This document shows positions 19,166-27,851 of a stretch of 64,000 nucleotides of DNA, piece by piece. Below the pieces are notes generated by a model, which was not told the DNA's origin, did no database searches, and saw only the letters and a list, made by a program, of their open reading frames with translations. The stretch lies in contig CAZYPO010000003.1 of NCBI GenBank assembly GCA_964649225.1, positions 36,692-100,691 on the forward strand. The letters are read 5' to 3'. This DNA is from an uncultured Gemmatimonas sp. Its GTDB lineage: Bacteria > Gemmatimonadota > Gemmatimonadetes > Gemmatimonadales > GWC2-71-9. Position numbers and translations under genes: made by a program. The number at the start of each line of letters is the position of its first letter. Positions within the stretch are counted from its first letter, which is position 1.

Positions 19166-20167
19166 ATGCGGATAACCGTTCTGACAGGCGGAACTTCCAG
19201 CGAGCGCGACGTCGCCATCGCCTCGGCTGCACAGATCGTCAGCGCGCTGAGGAGCCGGGGGCATACCGTGGCCGTGGTCGATACGGCGCGTGGCTTCATC
19301 CCGCAAGCGGAGGAATCCCGGCTGCTCTCCGGATCGGTGAGCAAGGAGCCGCCGGCGATCTCGGAGCTGATGGCCCTCGAGCGGGGTTTGCTGCTCTCCG
19401 GCCTCGCCAGCCTCCCTGTCATTCGCGACGCGGAAGTCCTTTTCCTCGCGCTTCACGGCGGCCGCGGGGAAGACGGCACCCTCCAGGCCGTGCTCGACGT
19501 GGTCGGGGTTCCTTACACCGGCAGTCGTTCGCTGGGCAGCAGCCTCGCCATGAACAAGGACATCGCCAAGCGGCTTTTCCGCGTGGCCGGGGTTCCCACC
19601 GCCGACTGGCTGATGGCGCCCGCCAGCGTCGAGGAGGCGGAGCGGAACCTCGGCTGGCCGATGGTGGTGAAGCCCTGCAAGGAAGGGTCGACCGTCGGAC
19701 TCAGCGTCGTGAAGGAACCAGAGGGCTACAACGATGCCGTCACGCTGGCCGCGCGCTACGATTCGGAGGTCATGCTCGAAGCATTTGTCCCGGGACGCGA
19801 GTTGACGGTGGGTATCCTCAAGGGGCGTGCTCTGGCGGTCGGCGAAATCATCCCACGACACGAGATCTTCGACTACGAGTGCAAGTACACCCCCGGGATG
19901 GCACAGGAAATCTTCCCCGCCGACCTACCCCCCGCGATGGGCGCAGAATGCTGCAGGCTCGGCTTGCTCGCCCACCAAGCCTTGAAATTGGGCGGATACT
20001 CCCGCGTCGATTTTCGCTTGACACCGGCGGGAGAATTGTTCTGTTTAGAAGCGAACGCCCTGCCGGGAATGACTGCGACGAGCCTCCTCCCACAGTCCGC
20101 GGCGGCCGTCGGCATCTCCTTTGCAGAGCTGTGCGAGCAGGTGTGCCTCGCGAGCGGGAAAGCATGA
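19166..20167 (+). CDS. ddl: D-alanine--D-alanine ligase
   Basis: ORF 19130..20167 trimmed to ATG 19166 (MRITVLTGGTSSERDVAIASA...). ATP-grasp motifs; ...EANALPGMTATSLLPQSA... near the C-terminus. Confidence 0.92.
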   Translation: MRITVLTGGTSSERDVAIASAAQIVSALRSRGHTVAVVDTARGFIPQAEESRLLSGSVSKEPPAISELMALERGLLLSGLASLPVIRDAEVLFLALHGGRGEDGTLQAVLDVVGVPYTGSRSLGSSLAMNKDIAKRLFRVAGVPTADWLMAPASVEEAERNLGWPMVVKPCKEGSTVGLSVVKEPEGYNDAVTLAARYDSEVMLEAFVPGRELTVGILKGRALAVGEIIPRHEIFDYECKYTPGMAQEIFPADLPPAMGAECCRLGLLAHQALKLGGYSRVDFRLTPAGELFCLEANALPGMTATSLLPQSAAAVGISFAELCEQVCLASGKA

Positions 20168-21021
20168 GCAAGATCCGGCCGGAACCCACCCTCTCTCATG
20201 CCCGTCTGACCCCCTGGGTTGGCCGGATCATGCTGCTCAATGCGGTGGTCCTGGTCCTGCTCCAGACCGTGCTTACCGCTCCCTTTTTCACCGCTGCGCT
20301 TCGCTTTGCCCCGGATCGGGCGCTCAGCCGTCCCTGGACCTTCTTCTCCTATATGTTCGTCCACGGGGGGGTGCCCCACCTCGCGGGCAACCTGCTGCTG
20401 TTGTTCGTGTTCGGGCCCCCGGTCGAGCGACGGATGGGCGGCCGGGCCTTTCTGCTCTACTATCTCTACTGCGGCATTGGTGCCGCGGCCTTCACCCTCG
20501 GGCTCACCTCGTTGCTGGCGGTTCCACCGCTGATCGGAGCTTCCGGCGCCGTCCTTGGTACGGCCCTCGCCTTTGCCCTCGCCGAGCCCGAGGCCACCAC
20601 CGCACTGCTTCCACTGCCGATTCGGGTGAGCGCACGCTCCCTCGTCGCCCTACTCGCCGGCGTCAACCTGGTACTCGCGCTCTGGTTCAATGATGGTGCC
20701 GCGCATCTCGGCTTCCTCGGCGGACTGGCCGCGGGCTACGTCTTCTTCCGGATCCAGGGCCTTGCCGGGCGCCGCCAGCGTGTGGAGCCCAAGAGCATTG
20801 CCCGGCGTCCCGTGATGGCACCCATCCCGGTCCGCCAAGGCGGGGCGGGCACCGAGGTACGTCCCGCGTTGGCGCGTCCCGAGCCGCGCGAGGAGTACCC
20901 CTCCGGAGAGGTCGATCGCGTGCTCGACAAGATCAGCGCCTTCGGGATCCAGAGCCTGACCGCGGATGAACGGCGATTCCTCGATGAAGTCTCCAAACGC
21001 AAGCGAAAGGACCTCCACTAG
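20164..21021 (+). CDS. Rhomboid family intramembrane serine protease
   Basis: ORF 19879..21021 trimmed to ATG 20164 (ATGA overlap with ddl stop). Multi-TM, HGGVPHLAGNLL and GASGAVLG (GxSG) motifs. Confidence 0.85.
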   Translation: MSKIRPEPTLSHARLTPWVGRIMLLNAVVLVLLQTVLTAPFFTAALRFAPDRALSRPWTFFSYMFVHGGVPHLAGNLLLLFVFGPPVERRMGGRAFLLYYLYCGIGAAAFTLGLTSLLAVPPLIGASGAVLGTALAFALAEPEATTALLPLPIRVSARSLVALLAGVNLVLALWFNDGAAHLGFLGGLAAGYVFFRIQGLAGRRQRVEPKSIARRPVMAPIPVRQGGAGTEVRPALARPEPREEYPSGEVDRVLDKISAFGIQSLTADERRFLDEVSKRKRKDLH

Positions 21022-21045
21022 CAACGCGCGGCGCCGGCAAGGCTC

Positions 21046-22023
21046 TTGTTTCGCACGCGGCATTTCTTATCTTGTCCCGTGCTCATCAATCTCCTCCCCG
21101 ATTTCCTCGACATTCTCTCACAATCTGATCCCGAAGCGGCCTATCACCGCTTTCTCGACGCGCATCGCCCGTTGCTCGCCGCCTACTGGAACAACTACGT
21201 CCTCGACCTGGAAAGCCCCCACGCGGCCGAGGTAATCGCCACGACCGTGCGTGCCGATCGGAGTGATTTGTTCGCGCTGCTGGATCAGGTCGATGTCGCC
21301 CGGATTGTCGAGGATGCGCTGCGCCGGGCGATGGAAATCCTCGAGGTGGACCGCCCCACCGATTGTCTGCTCATGGTGGGAATGGGTGCCGCGAATGCCG
21401 GAGAGCTCGTGGTGAACGGACGCGGCGTGGCCTTCATTTGCGTGGAGCACTTCACCAACCGCGTCAATCCGGAGACCTATGGCATGGGTCTCAGCCCGGA
21501 GCTGCTCCCGCTCTGGGTCGCGCACGAAATGGCCCACACGGTGCGATATACCTCGCCTTCGAGCGAGAGCGAGCTCCGGCGGCTGGTGGCGGAGGCCGGC
21601 GGGAATTACGACTACTGGACAACGGGCAGTCGGGCCACGCTGCGCGAGCACCTCCTCAACGAAGGGCTGGCCGTTCATGCCTCCCAGGCGGTCGCGCCCG
21701 GTATCGACTCGGCGGACTACTTTGGCTATCCCCGCCGCCAGTACCAGCGCATGCGTGAGCTCGAGGCGTTTCTCCGCCGGGCGGTGCACCATGACCTCGA
21801 CCGCGCCGGCCTTGGCCTGCGGCTCAAGTATCTGTCGGGCGGAATGAGTCCCGCCTCGCGGCTCGGACTCGGCCGGGTCCTGCCCGAGCGCTGCGGTTAT
21901 TACCTGGGGCACCGCATGGCAGAGCCGCTCGTTACGGCGCGGGGGATCGCCGCCGCGCTGCGCGCGCCGGTCAGTGAATTCCAGGCGCTCGAGGACGAAG
22001 CGCTTGGATTCAGGACCGCCTAG
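21046..22023 (+). CDS. Hypothetical protein with HExxH motif (putative Zn-dependent protease, DUF2268-like)
   Basis: ORF 21046..22023 (TTG start; alternative GTG 21079). Contains WVAHEMAHTVRY. Assignment rests on motif resemblance only. Confidence 0.6.
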   Translation: MFRTRHFLSCPVLINLLPDFLDILSQSDPEAAYHRFLDAHRPLLAAYWNNYVLDLESPHAAEVIATTVRADRSDLFALLDQVDVARIVEDALRRAMEILEVDRPTDCLLMVGMGAANAGELVVNGRGVAFICVEHFTNRVNPETYGMGLSPELLPLWVAHEMAHTVRYTSPSSESELRRLVAEAGGNYDYWTTGSRATLREHLLNEGLAVHASQAVAPGIDSADYFGYPRRQYQRMRELEAFLRRAVHHDLDRAGLGLRLKYLSGGMSPASRLGLGRVLPERCGYYLGHRMAEPLVTARGIAAALRAPVSEFQALEDEALGFRTA

Positions 22024-22073
22024 TTGGAAGGCCGGGACGGGAATCCCGACTTCCCGACCCTATATTCCGATAT

Positions 22074-22277
22074 ATGGAAACCACCGAACAAACGACCCCC
22101 GTCACCATCACCCTCAAGCCGGCCGGTCCTATCGTCATCGAGGGCCCGGTCACGATCCTGAATAACGCCGGCGATGTCGTGGAGCCGCCGCCCACCAAGA
22201 TCCCCGGCCAGGTCAAACTCTGCGGCTGCGGGTTCAGCAAGAACAAGCCGTTTTGTGACGGGAGTCATAAGAAATAG
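22074..22277 (+). CDS. CDGSH iron-sulfur domain-containing protein
   Basis: ORF 22074..22277. C-terminal CGCGFSKNKPFCDGSH matches the CDGSH 2Fe-2S motif. TATATT sits 7 nt upstream of the ATG. Confidence 0.85.
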   Translation: METTEQTTPVTITLKPAGPIVIEGPVTILNNAGDVVEPPPTKIPGQVKLCGCGFSKNKPFCDGSHKK

Positions 22278-22299
22278 CGAGCAGCGCGTCCCCTGCTCC

Positions 22300-23631
22300 C
22301 TACTTTCCAACACAGAACCGCTCGAACACCCTTCCCAGCACCTCGTCCGGGTGGACCAGGCCCACCAGCTCCTCGAGCGCCGCCACCGCTGCACCGATAT
22401 GGTGGGCCGCAAGCACCGCATCTTTTCCCAGCTCGGGTCTGGCGGCGGCAAGCGCATCCGCAGAACGTGAAAGCGCAACCCGATGCCGTTCCTGCGTCAG
22501 CATCGGCTCGAGCTCGGCGTAGCCTCCGGCGGAGCTGAACAGACGTTCGGCCATCGCCCGGCGTAGCCGGTCGAGCCCTTCGCCCGTCACGATCGAGACC
22601 GGAATTCCCTCCTCGTTTTCGCGCTCCGCAACCGGGACGAGATCGGCCTTGGAGCGCACCAGAAGCGACGGGCGCTCTCCGAGTAGCGCATGCTCCTCGG
22701 GTCCCAGCATCCTGCCGGCTTCGACACAAAGCAGCAGGAGGTCCGCCGCCGCCACATAGCGCCGGCTGACCTCAATGCCCATTCGCTCGAGCCGTTCCCC
22801 GGCTTCATGCAGTCCAGCCGTATCCGCCAGGCGCACCGGCCAGCCCGCCACCTCGCTGGAGGCTTCGATGGTGTCGCGGGTCGTGCCCGGAATCTCCGTG
22901 ACCAGCGAGCGGCTGATGCCGAGCAGCGCATTGAAAAGCGACGATTTGCCGGCGTTGGGACGGCCCGCCAGCACGACGAGAGCGCCCTCCCGCAGTCGCA
23001 GCCCCGCCGGAGCGGTCGCCAGGAGGCCCGCCACGGTCGTGGCGGCGCCGTCGAGTCGGCTGCAGACTCGCCCGAGCGGTACCGGCCCCTCGTCCTCCTC
23101 AGGGAAATCGATGTCATAGGCCAGCAGCGCCAGCAGCTCGAGCAGCTCCTCGCGGAGCGCCAGCAGGCGCCGCGAAAGCCCCCCCTCGAGCTGCTGCAAG
23201 GCGGCCCTGCCCTGCCGCGGCGCCGTGGCGTCAATGAGGTCACCGACGGCCTCCGCTTGCAACAGGTCCAGTTTGCCGTTGAGCAGCGCGCGGCGGGTAA
23301 ACTCGCCCGGCGCAGCAGGACGCGCTCCCGCCGCCTGCAGCGCGGCCAGCAGCTGCGCCGGGGCCAGCAGACCTCCGTGGCAGGAGAGCTCGACCAGGTC
23401 CTCTCCGGTATAGCTGTGGGGTCCTCGAAATACGGTGACGAGCCCCTCGTCGATCGGCGTTCCTTCGGCGGCCATGAAGCGCGCTCGCACGGCCACGCGC
23501 TCCGGAAAGTTCTCGACCCCCGAAACCACCCGCCCGGCGACGGCTAGCGCGCCTTGTCCCGACAACCGCACCACGGCGATCGCGGAGCGGCCCGGAGGGG
23601 TGGCGAGGGCAGTAATGGGGTCGGAGAGCAG
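22300..23631 (-). CDS. mnmE: tRNA modification GTPase MnmE (TrmE)
   Basis: ORF 22300..23574 (GTG). The conserved N-terminus SDPITALATPPGRSAIAVV lies upstream of that GTG, and an in-frame TAA sits at 23646..23644, so the start is placed at CTG 23631 (uncertain). G-domain GRPNAGKSSLFN; C-terminal FCVGK. Confidence 0.9.
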   Translation of the reverse strand: MLSDPITALATPPGRSAIAVVRLSGQGALAVAGRVVSGVENFPERVAVRARFMAAEGTPIDEGLVTVFRGPHSYTGEDLVELSCHGGLLAPAQLLAALQAAGARPAAPGEFTRRALLNGKLDLLQAEAVGDLIDATAPRQGRAALQQLEGGLSRRLLALREELLELLALLAYDIDFPEEDEGPVPLGRVCSRLDGAATTVAGLLATAPAGLRLREGALVVLAGRPNAGKSSLFNALLGISRSLVTEIPGTTRDTIEASSEVAGWPVRLADTAGLHEAGERLERMGIEVSRRYVAAADLLLLCVEAGRMLGPEEHALLGERPSLLVRSKADLVPVAERENEEGIPVSIVTGEGLDRLRRAMAERLFSSAGGYAELEPMLTQERHRVALSRSADALAAARPELGKDAVLAAHHIGAAVAALEELVGLVHPDEVLGRVFERFCVGK

Positions 23632-23643
23632 ACTGCTGGCCTC

Positions 23644-25350
23644 TTACTTCCTGGCAGAAACTCGTTTCGGGGGCGGCGCGAGATTCCGGCGCAACCTCTC
23701 GCGCGACAGCATCCACTGCTGCGGCAGGCTCGCGAGGTTCATCACCGTATAGTACAGATTGAGCCCGGAAGCGAACCGCAGAAAGAGGAATGTCATCATC
23801 GCCGGCATCACGTAGACCATCATCTTGGTCTGCGGATTCGGCGGCATACCGCGCTGGCCGGTCCAGCTCAGCACCAGCATCGAGATCCCCATCAAAATGG
23901 GAATCGCGTAGGTCGGGTCGGGCCGGGAGAGATCCGGAAGCCACAGGAACGAAGCCCCCCGCAGCTCGATCGTATTCTGGAAGACGAAGAAGAACGCGAA
24001 CAGGATGGGGATCGGCAGCAACATCGGCCAGCAGCCACCGAGTGGGTTGACGTTGTGCTCCTTATAGAGCTTGAACATCTCCTGCTGTAGCTTCTGGGGA
24101 TCGCTCTTGTGCTTTTCCTGCAGCTCCTTGATCAGCGGCTGCACTGCCTGCATCGCCATCGTCGAGCGCATGGCCTTCTGGTTGAGCGGCCACAGCACGA
24201 TGCGGATCGCGATCCCGAACAGGATCAGCCCGAATCCATAAGCCAGCCCGAGCCCGTCGTGCAGCCAGACGAGGAGCGAGCGGGCGCCGAGTGCCACCGG
24301 ACGAATGATGGTACGCAGGCCCGGCCAGCCATACGGATTGACATCGTCGAAATCATGCCCGATGGCGCGGAGTCTGGGGTACTCCATGGGGCCCGCATAC
24401 AGCTGGAACCTGAACGCGCCAGCGGCAGGAATCGGCAGACCCGCGGTCACGTTGGCCCGCGACGACATTTTCACCAGCTCGGTGCCCACGGCGCTCGCTC
24501 CGCTGATCCCGCCGTTGAGCCCGGCGCCGCTGCTGTCCAGCGCCAGCAGGGCCGTCACGAAATACTTGGATTTGATCGCCACCCACTCAAAGGGGCCGTT
24601 GAATGCCGCTGGACGCGGCACGTACAGGTCGCCTGCCTTCCGGGTGAGACCCGTGAAACGGGTCAGGTTGGCCTTGCCGCCCTTGACCACGACTCCGAGC
24701 TCGCGGTGGTGTTCCAGGCTGTCGGATTCGGTGTTCCGCAGCCCCGGCCCCATCCCGATCAACAGTACCGCCCCGTTGGGGCCGGCGCCCTCGACTTTAC
24801 CGGCGACGTCGACCAGATAGTTGTTCGGCCGGAAGGTGTAGGTCAGCGAAACCGCCAGGGCACCCTGCTGCGCACTGAGCGTGAGCGGGGTCGGCTCGTT
24901 GACGTTGAGCGATGGCGCGGACGGGGTGAAATGCCAGTCCCGGAGCGAGAGCGTGTCCCTCCCCACCAGTAGGGCCAGGGCCAGGAGCTCGCTCCCCGGC
25001 GGGAGAATCTGGGCCGGCTGGCCACGTTCCTCGGGCCGCATGGAGCGATAGCCCAGGAACGTCGCCTCGATCATCCGGCCGCCCCGGGTGCTGAAGCCAT
25101 AGCGATAGAGCGGCGAAGACACGGTGATGGTGTCCTCGGGAATGGAGCTGGAGTCGGATGGCGGGACCGACGGGTGCGCCGGGGGCGCCACTGTGGGAGA
25201 GGCTGTTGCCGTTCCACTGTCCGACCGTCCGACTCTCCGGCTGCTGTCCGCCTGACCGGCCAGCCGCGGCGGCGGCCGTTTCATCAGCAACGACGGCAAA
25301 ACCAGCACGGCCATCATCAACGCGACGGCCAATATGACACGACGATCCAT
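23644..25350 (-). CDS. yidC: Membrane protein insertase YidC
   Basis: ORF 23644..25584 trimmed to ATG 25350 (MDRRVILAVALMMAVLVLPSLL). C-terminal 5-TM core ...NPYGWPGL...WPLNQKAMRSTMAMQAVQP...GGCWPMLLPIPILFAFF.... Confidence 0.92.
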   Translation of the reverse strand: MDRRVILAVALMMAVLVLPSLLMKRPPPRLAGQADSSRRVGRSDSGTATASPTVAPPAHPSVPPSDSSSIPEDTITVSSPLYRYGFSTRGGRMIEATFLGYRSMRPEERGQPAQILPPGSELLALALLVGRDTLSLRDWHFTPSAPSLNVNEPTPLTLSAQQGALAVSLTYTFRPNNYLVDVAGKVEGAGPNGAVLLIGMGPGLRNTESDSLEHHRELGVVVKGGKANLTRFTGLTRKAGDLYVPRPAAFNGPFEWVAIKSKYFVTALLALDSSGAGLNGGISGASAVGTELVKMSSRANVTAGLPIPAAGAFRFQLYAGPMEYPRLRAIGHDFDDVNPYGWPGLRTIIRPVALGARSLLVWLHDGLGLAYGFGLILFGIAIRIVLWPLNQKAMRSTMAMQAVQPLIKELQEKHKSDPQKLQQEMFKLYKEHNVNPLGGCWPMLLPIPILFAFFFVFQNTIELRGASFLWLPDLSRPDPTYAIPILMGISMLVLSWTGQRGMPPNPQTKMMVYVMPAMMTFLFLRFASGLNLYYTVMNLASLPQQWMLSRERLRRNLAPPPKRVSARK

Positions 25351-25370
25351 AGGGGAGAGTCTCGGGGATC

Positions 25371-25601
25371 CTACGGGACGGGGTCGAATCCGCCCGGATT
25401 GAAGGGATGACAGCGCACGATCCGCCGCGCGCCCAGCCAGCCGCCGCGCAACAGCCCGTGACGCTCGATCGCCTCCAGCGTGTACTGCGAGCAGCTCGGC
25501 GAGAACCTGCAGCTGGGAGGCAACCCGGGAGAAACGACCCGCTGATAGCCGCGAATCAACAGCATCGCGAACCGACGAGGCCAAAGCGGGAGCGCTGCCA
25601 C
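25371..25601 (-). CDS. yidD: Membrane protein insertion efficiency factor YidD
   Basis: ORF 25371..25601. Contains ...[35 protein letters not shown]...[14 protein letters not shown], the YidD signature. Confidence 0.85.
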   Translation of the reverse strand: MAALPLWPRRFAMLLIRGYQRVVSPGLPPSCRFSPSCSQYTLEAIERHGLLRGGWLGARRIVRCHPFNPGGFDPVP

Positions 25602-25605
25602 CGGT

Positions 25606-25923
25606 TCACGCCACCCCCGAGCGCCAGGCGAGCAAGTCGTCGCGCAGCATGCCGAATCGGGCGCCGTAGGCTTCTTTCCGCGCGCGAATCACGACGTCCC
25701 ATGCCGGTATCGCTCCCATTAGTTCCCGGCGCCATAGTTCCTTGAGCCGCCGGCGCAAACGATTGCGGGCCACCCCGGTGGATTGGAACTTCGGTACGAT
25801 AAGTCCCATCCTCGAATGGCCCGCCTGATTGTCTACCCACAGCACATCGAGATGCGGAAGCCGCCTCCGTCGCCCCGTCCGTTGCACTCGGTCGAGCTCC
25901 GCCGTGCGGGCAAGGCGACGCAC
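25606..25923 (-). CDS. rnpA: Ribonuclease P protein component
   Basis: Frame of ORF 25606..26127. Region [32 protein letters not shown]...[10 protein letters not shown] is RnpA-like. Start uncertain: GTG 25923, or CTG 25950 overlapping the rpmH stop. Confidence 0.8.
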   Translation of the reverse strand: MRRLARTAELDRVQRTGRRRRLPHLDVLWVDNQAGHSRMGLIVPKFQSTGVARNRLRRRLKELWRRELMGAIPAWDVVIRARKEAYGARFGMLRDDLLAWRSGVA

Positions 25924-25946
25924 CCGCGGGAACCGCTCGTCTACCG

Positions 25947-26108
25947 TCAGCGCCCTCCGTGCTTCGAGGGAACTTTGACCGTCAACCGTTTGCGGCCCTT
26001 CTTGCGACGGCGAGACAGCACCTCGCGACCCCAACGATCGGCCATGCGGGTGCGAAACCCGTGCCGGTTGAGGCGCTTGCGATTGCGAGGTCGATAGGTC
26101 GGCTGCAT
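25947..26108 (-). CDS. rpmH: 50S ribosomal protein L34
   Basis: ORF 25947..26228 trimmed to ATG 26108 ([44 protein letters not shown]...). Confidence 0.9.
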   Translation of the reverse strand: MQPTYRPRNRKRLNRHGFRTRMADRWGREVLSRRRKKGRKRLTVKVPSKHGGR

Positions 26109-26168
26109 GCGAATTCCTGTTCCCCAATGAGCCCGCAAAGCTAGCGAAATCAGCCCCCTCAGGTCAAG

Positions 26169-26197
26169 GTTGACTTTTCCACAACCGCGCCGTAGCT
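26169..26197 (+). promoter_or_regulatory. Candidate dnaA promoter TTGACT-N17-TAGCTT with embedded DnaA box TTTTCCACA (26174-26182)
   Basis: Read directly from the sequence. The box matches TTATCCACA at 8/9 positions and sits in the promoter spacer, about 50 nt upstream of the dnaA ATG. Confidence 0.4.
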
Positions 26198-26245
26198 TCG
26201 CCTGCCCCAATAACATCCCTACCGGCATCCGACCGAACGATCCGC

Positions 26246-27628
26246 ATGCAGCTGTCGCTCAAAGAGGCTTGGACCCGCATCCTGGACGACGCCCGGCGCG
26301 AAGTCCCGGAGAAGGATTTTAAGGCGTGGGTCGAGCCCGCAAAACCGGTCGCACTCGAGAGCGACCGCTTAGTGCTGGGCGTGCCGGACGAATTCGCCGT
26401 GCAATGGAACGAGGCGAAGAACTCCGCGCTGTTTGCCCGGCTCGCCGAGCGCGCGCTCGGGCGCCCGGTCTCGGTGGTATTCCGCGTAGACGAAGAGCGG
26501 CTGCAGCGCCCGCAAATGGATTTCTTCGTCGCACCACCCCCCACCACCGCGGGCAATCAGGCCAATCCTTCGGCCCAGCCGCTCAACGAGCGCTATACCT
26601 TCGAGAATTTCGTCATCGGGAAGTCCAATGAGCTCGCGGCCGCCGCTGCCCACGCCGTGGCCGAGGCGCCCGGCAAGCTCTATAACCCCTTGTTCATCTA
26701 CGGAGCCACTGGGCTCGGCAAGACCCACTTGATGCAGGCCATCGGGCATACAGTGGCCCGCCGTAGCCCTGCTGTACGCGTGCTCTACGTCGGCGCCGAA
26801 CAATTCATCAACGAAGTCATCGAGAGCATCCACTCCCGCACCATGCCGGAGCTCCGGCGCCGCTATCGCAACGACGTGGATCTTTTCCTGGTCGATGACG
26901 TGCACTTCCTGGAAGGCAAGGAAGCCACCCAGGAGGAGTTCTTTCACACCTTTAATACGCTCTATGAGGCCAAGCGGCAGATCGTCCTGACCTCCGACCG
27001 GCCGCCCAAGGAAATGCCCGGCTTGGAAGCCCGGCTGGTGAGCCGATTCGAGTGGGGCATGGTGGCCGATGTCGGTCAGCCCGACCTCGAGCACCGGATC
27101 GCGATCCTGCGCAAGAAGCAGGAGCAGGACCATCTTGAGACCACGATTCCTGACGAAGTCTTGAGTTTTATCGCCGAATACGTCCACTCGAATGTCCGGG
27201 AGCTCGAGGGCTGCATCATCAAGCTCCTGCTTTACGCTTCGCTGCGACATCGGGAAATCACCATCGACCTGGCCCGGGAGGCCCTGGCCGACAAGATCCG
27301 GCCCGGCCAGGAAGCCGCGAGCGCACAACCGAAGCTCAATCCCACGATCGACAAGGTGCAGGACGTGGTGGCCCGGCGCTGGGGCGTGACACCCGAAGGT
27401 TTGCGCTCCAAGGCACGCATCAAAACACTCACTGTGCCGCGCCAGATCGCGATGTATCTCGCCCGCGAAGTGCTGCAAATGCAGCTCGTAGAGATTGGCC
27501 AGGCGTTTGGCGGGCGCGATCACTCGACCGTGATTCACAGTGTGGACAAAGTACAGCGACAATTGCAGCGTGATCGCCAGTTCCGCGAACGGGTTGAGTC
27601 CGCTCGTCAGGAGTTGTACGCACCGTAA
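26246..27628 (+). CDS. dnaA: Chromosomal replication initiator protein DnaA
   Basis: ORF 26246..27628. Walker [11 protein letters not shown], the box VII region, and the C-terminal DNA-binding domain ...[36 protein letters not shown].... Confidence 0.97.
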   Translation: MQLSLKEAWTRILDDARREVPEKDFKAWVEPAKPVALESDRLVLGVPDEFAVQWNEAKNSALFARLAERALGRPVSVVFRVDEERLQRPQMDFFVAPPPTTAGNQANPSAQPLNERYTFENFVIGKSNELAAAAAHAVAEAPGKLYNPLFIYGATGLGKTHLMQAIGHTVARRSPAVRVLYVGAEQFINEVIESIHSRTMPELRRRYRNDVDLFLVDDVHFLEGKEATQEEFFHTFNTLYEAKRQIVLTSDRPPKEMPGLEARLVSRFEWGMVADVGQPDLEHRIAILRKKQEQDHLETTIPDEVLSFIAEYVHSNVRELEGCIIKLLLYASLRHREITIDLAREALADKIRPGQEAASAQPKLNPTIDKVQDVVARRWGVTPEGLRSKARIKTLTVPRQIAMYLAREVLQMQLVEIGQAFGGRDHSTVIHSVDKVQRQLQRDRQFRERVESARQELYAP

Positions 27629-27851
27629 TCGCGCCGGCGAATGCGCGCGCTGTGGAGGAGTGGGAAAAGGACGGCGGTACGGCTCGTCATCCCCATCACC
27701 CACACACGCTGTACGCTGCTGAAGTGCTGGAGAAGCTGACTGCGATGAGACTTGGGTATCGCGTCCACATTTCCAGACCCTCTACTACGGCTACTAGGTA
27801 TAAGTATCTGTACGTAGTCTCTTCTTATTGGGCCTTGCGGGGAGTGCTCGG
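27629..27851. other. Candidate oriC / DNA-unwinding region in the dnaA-dnaN spacer
   Basis: 223-bp non-coding spacer. Degenerate DnaA boxes TGTGGAGGA (27651-27659, 7/9), TCACCCACA (27696-27704, 7/9) and GCGTCCACA (27761-27769, 6/9). The most A/T-rich stretch of the neighbourhood is at 27781-27830 (CTACTA direct repeats, TACGTA). Confidence 0.45.
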
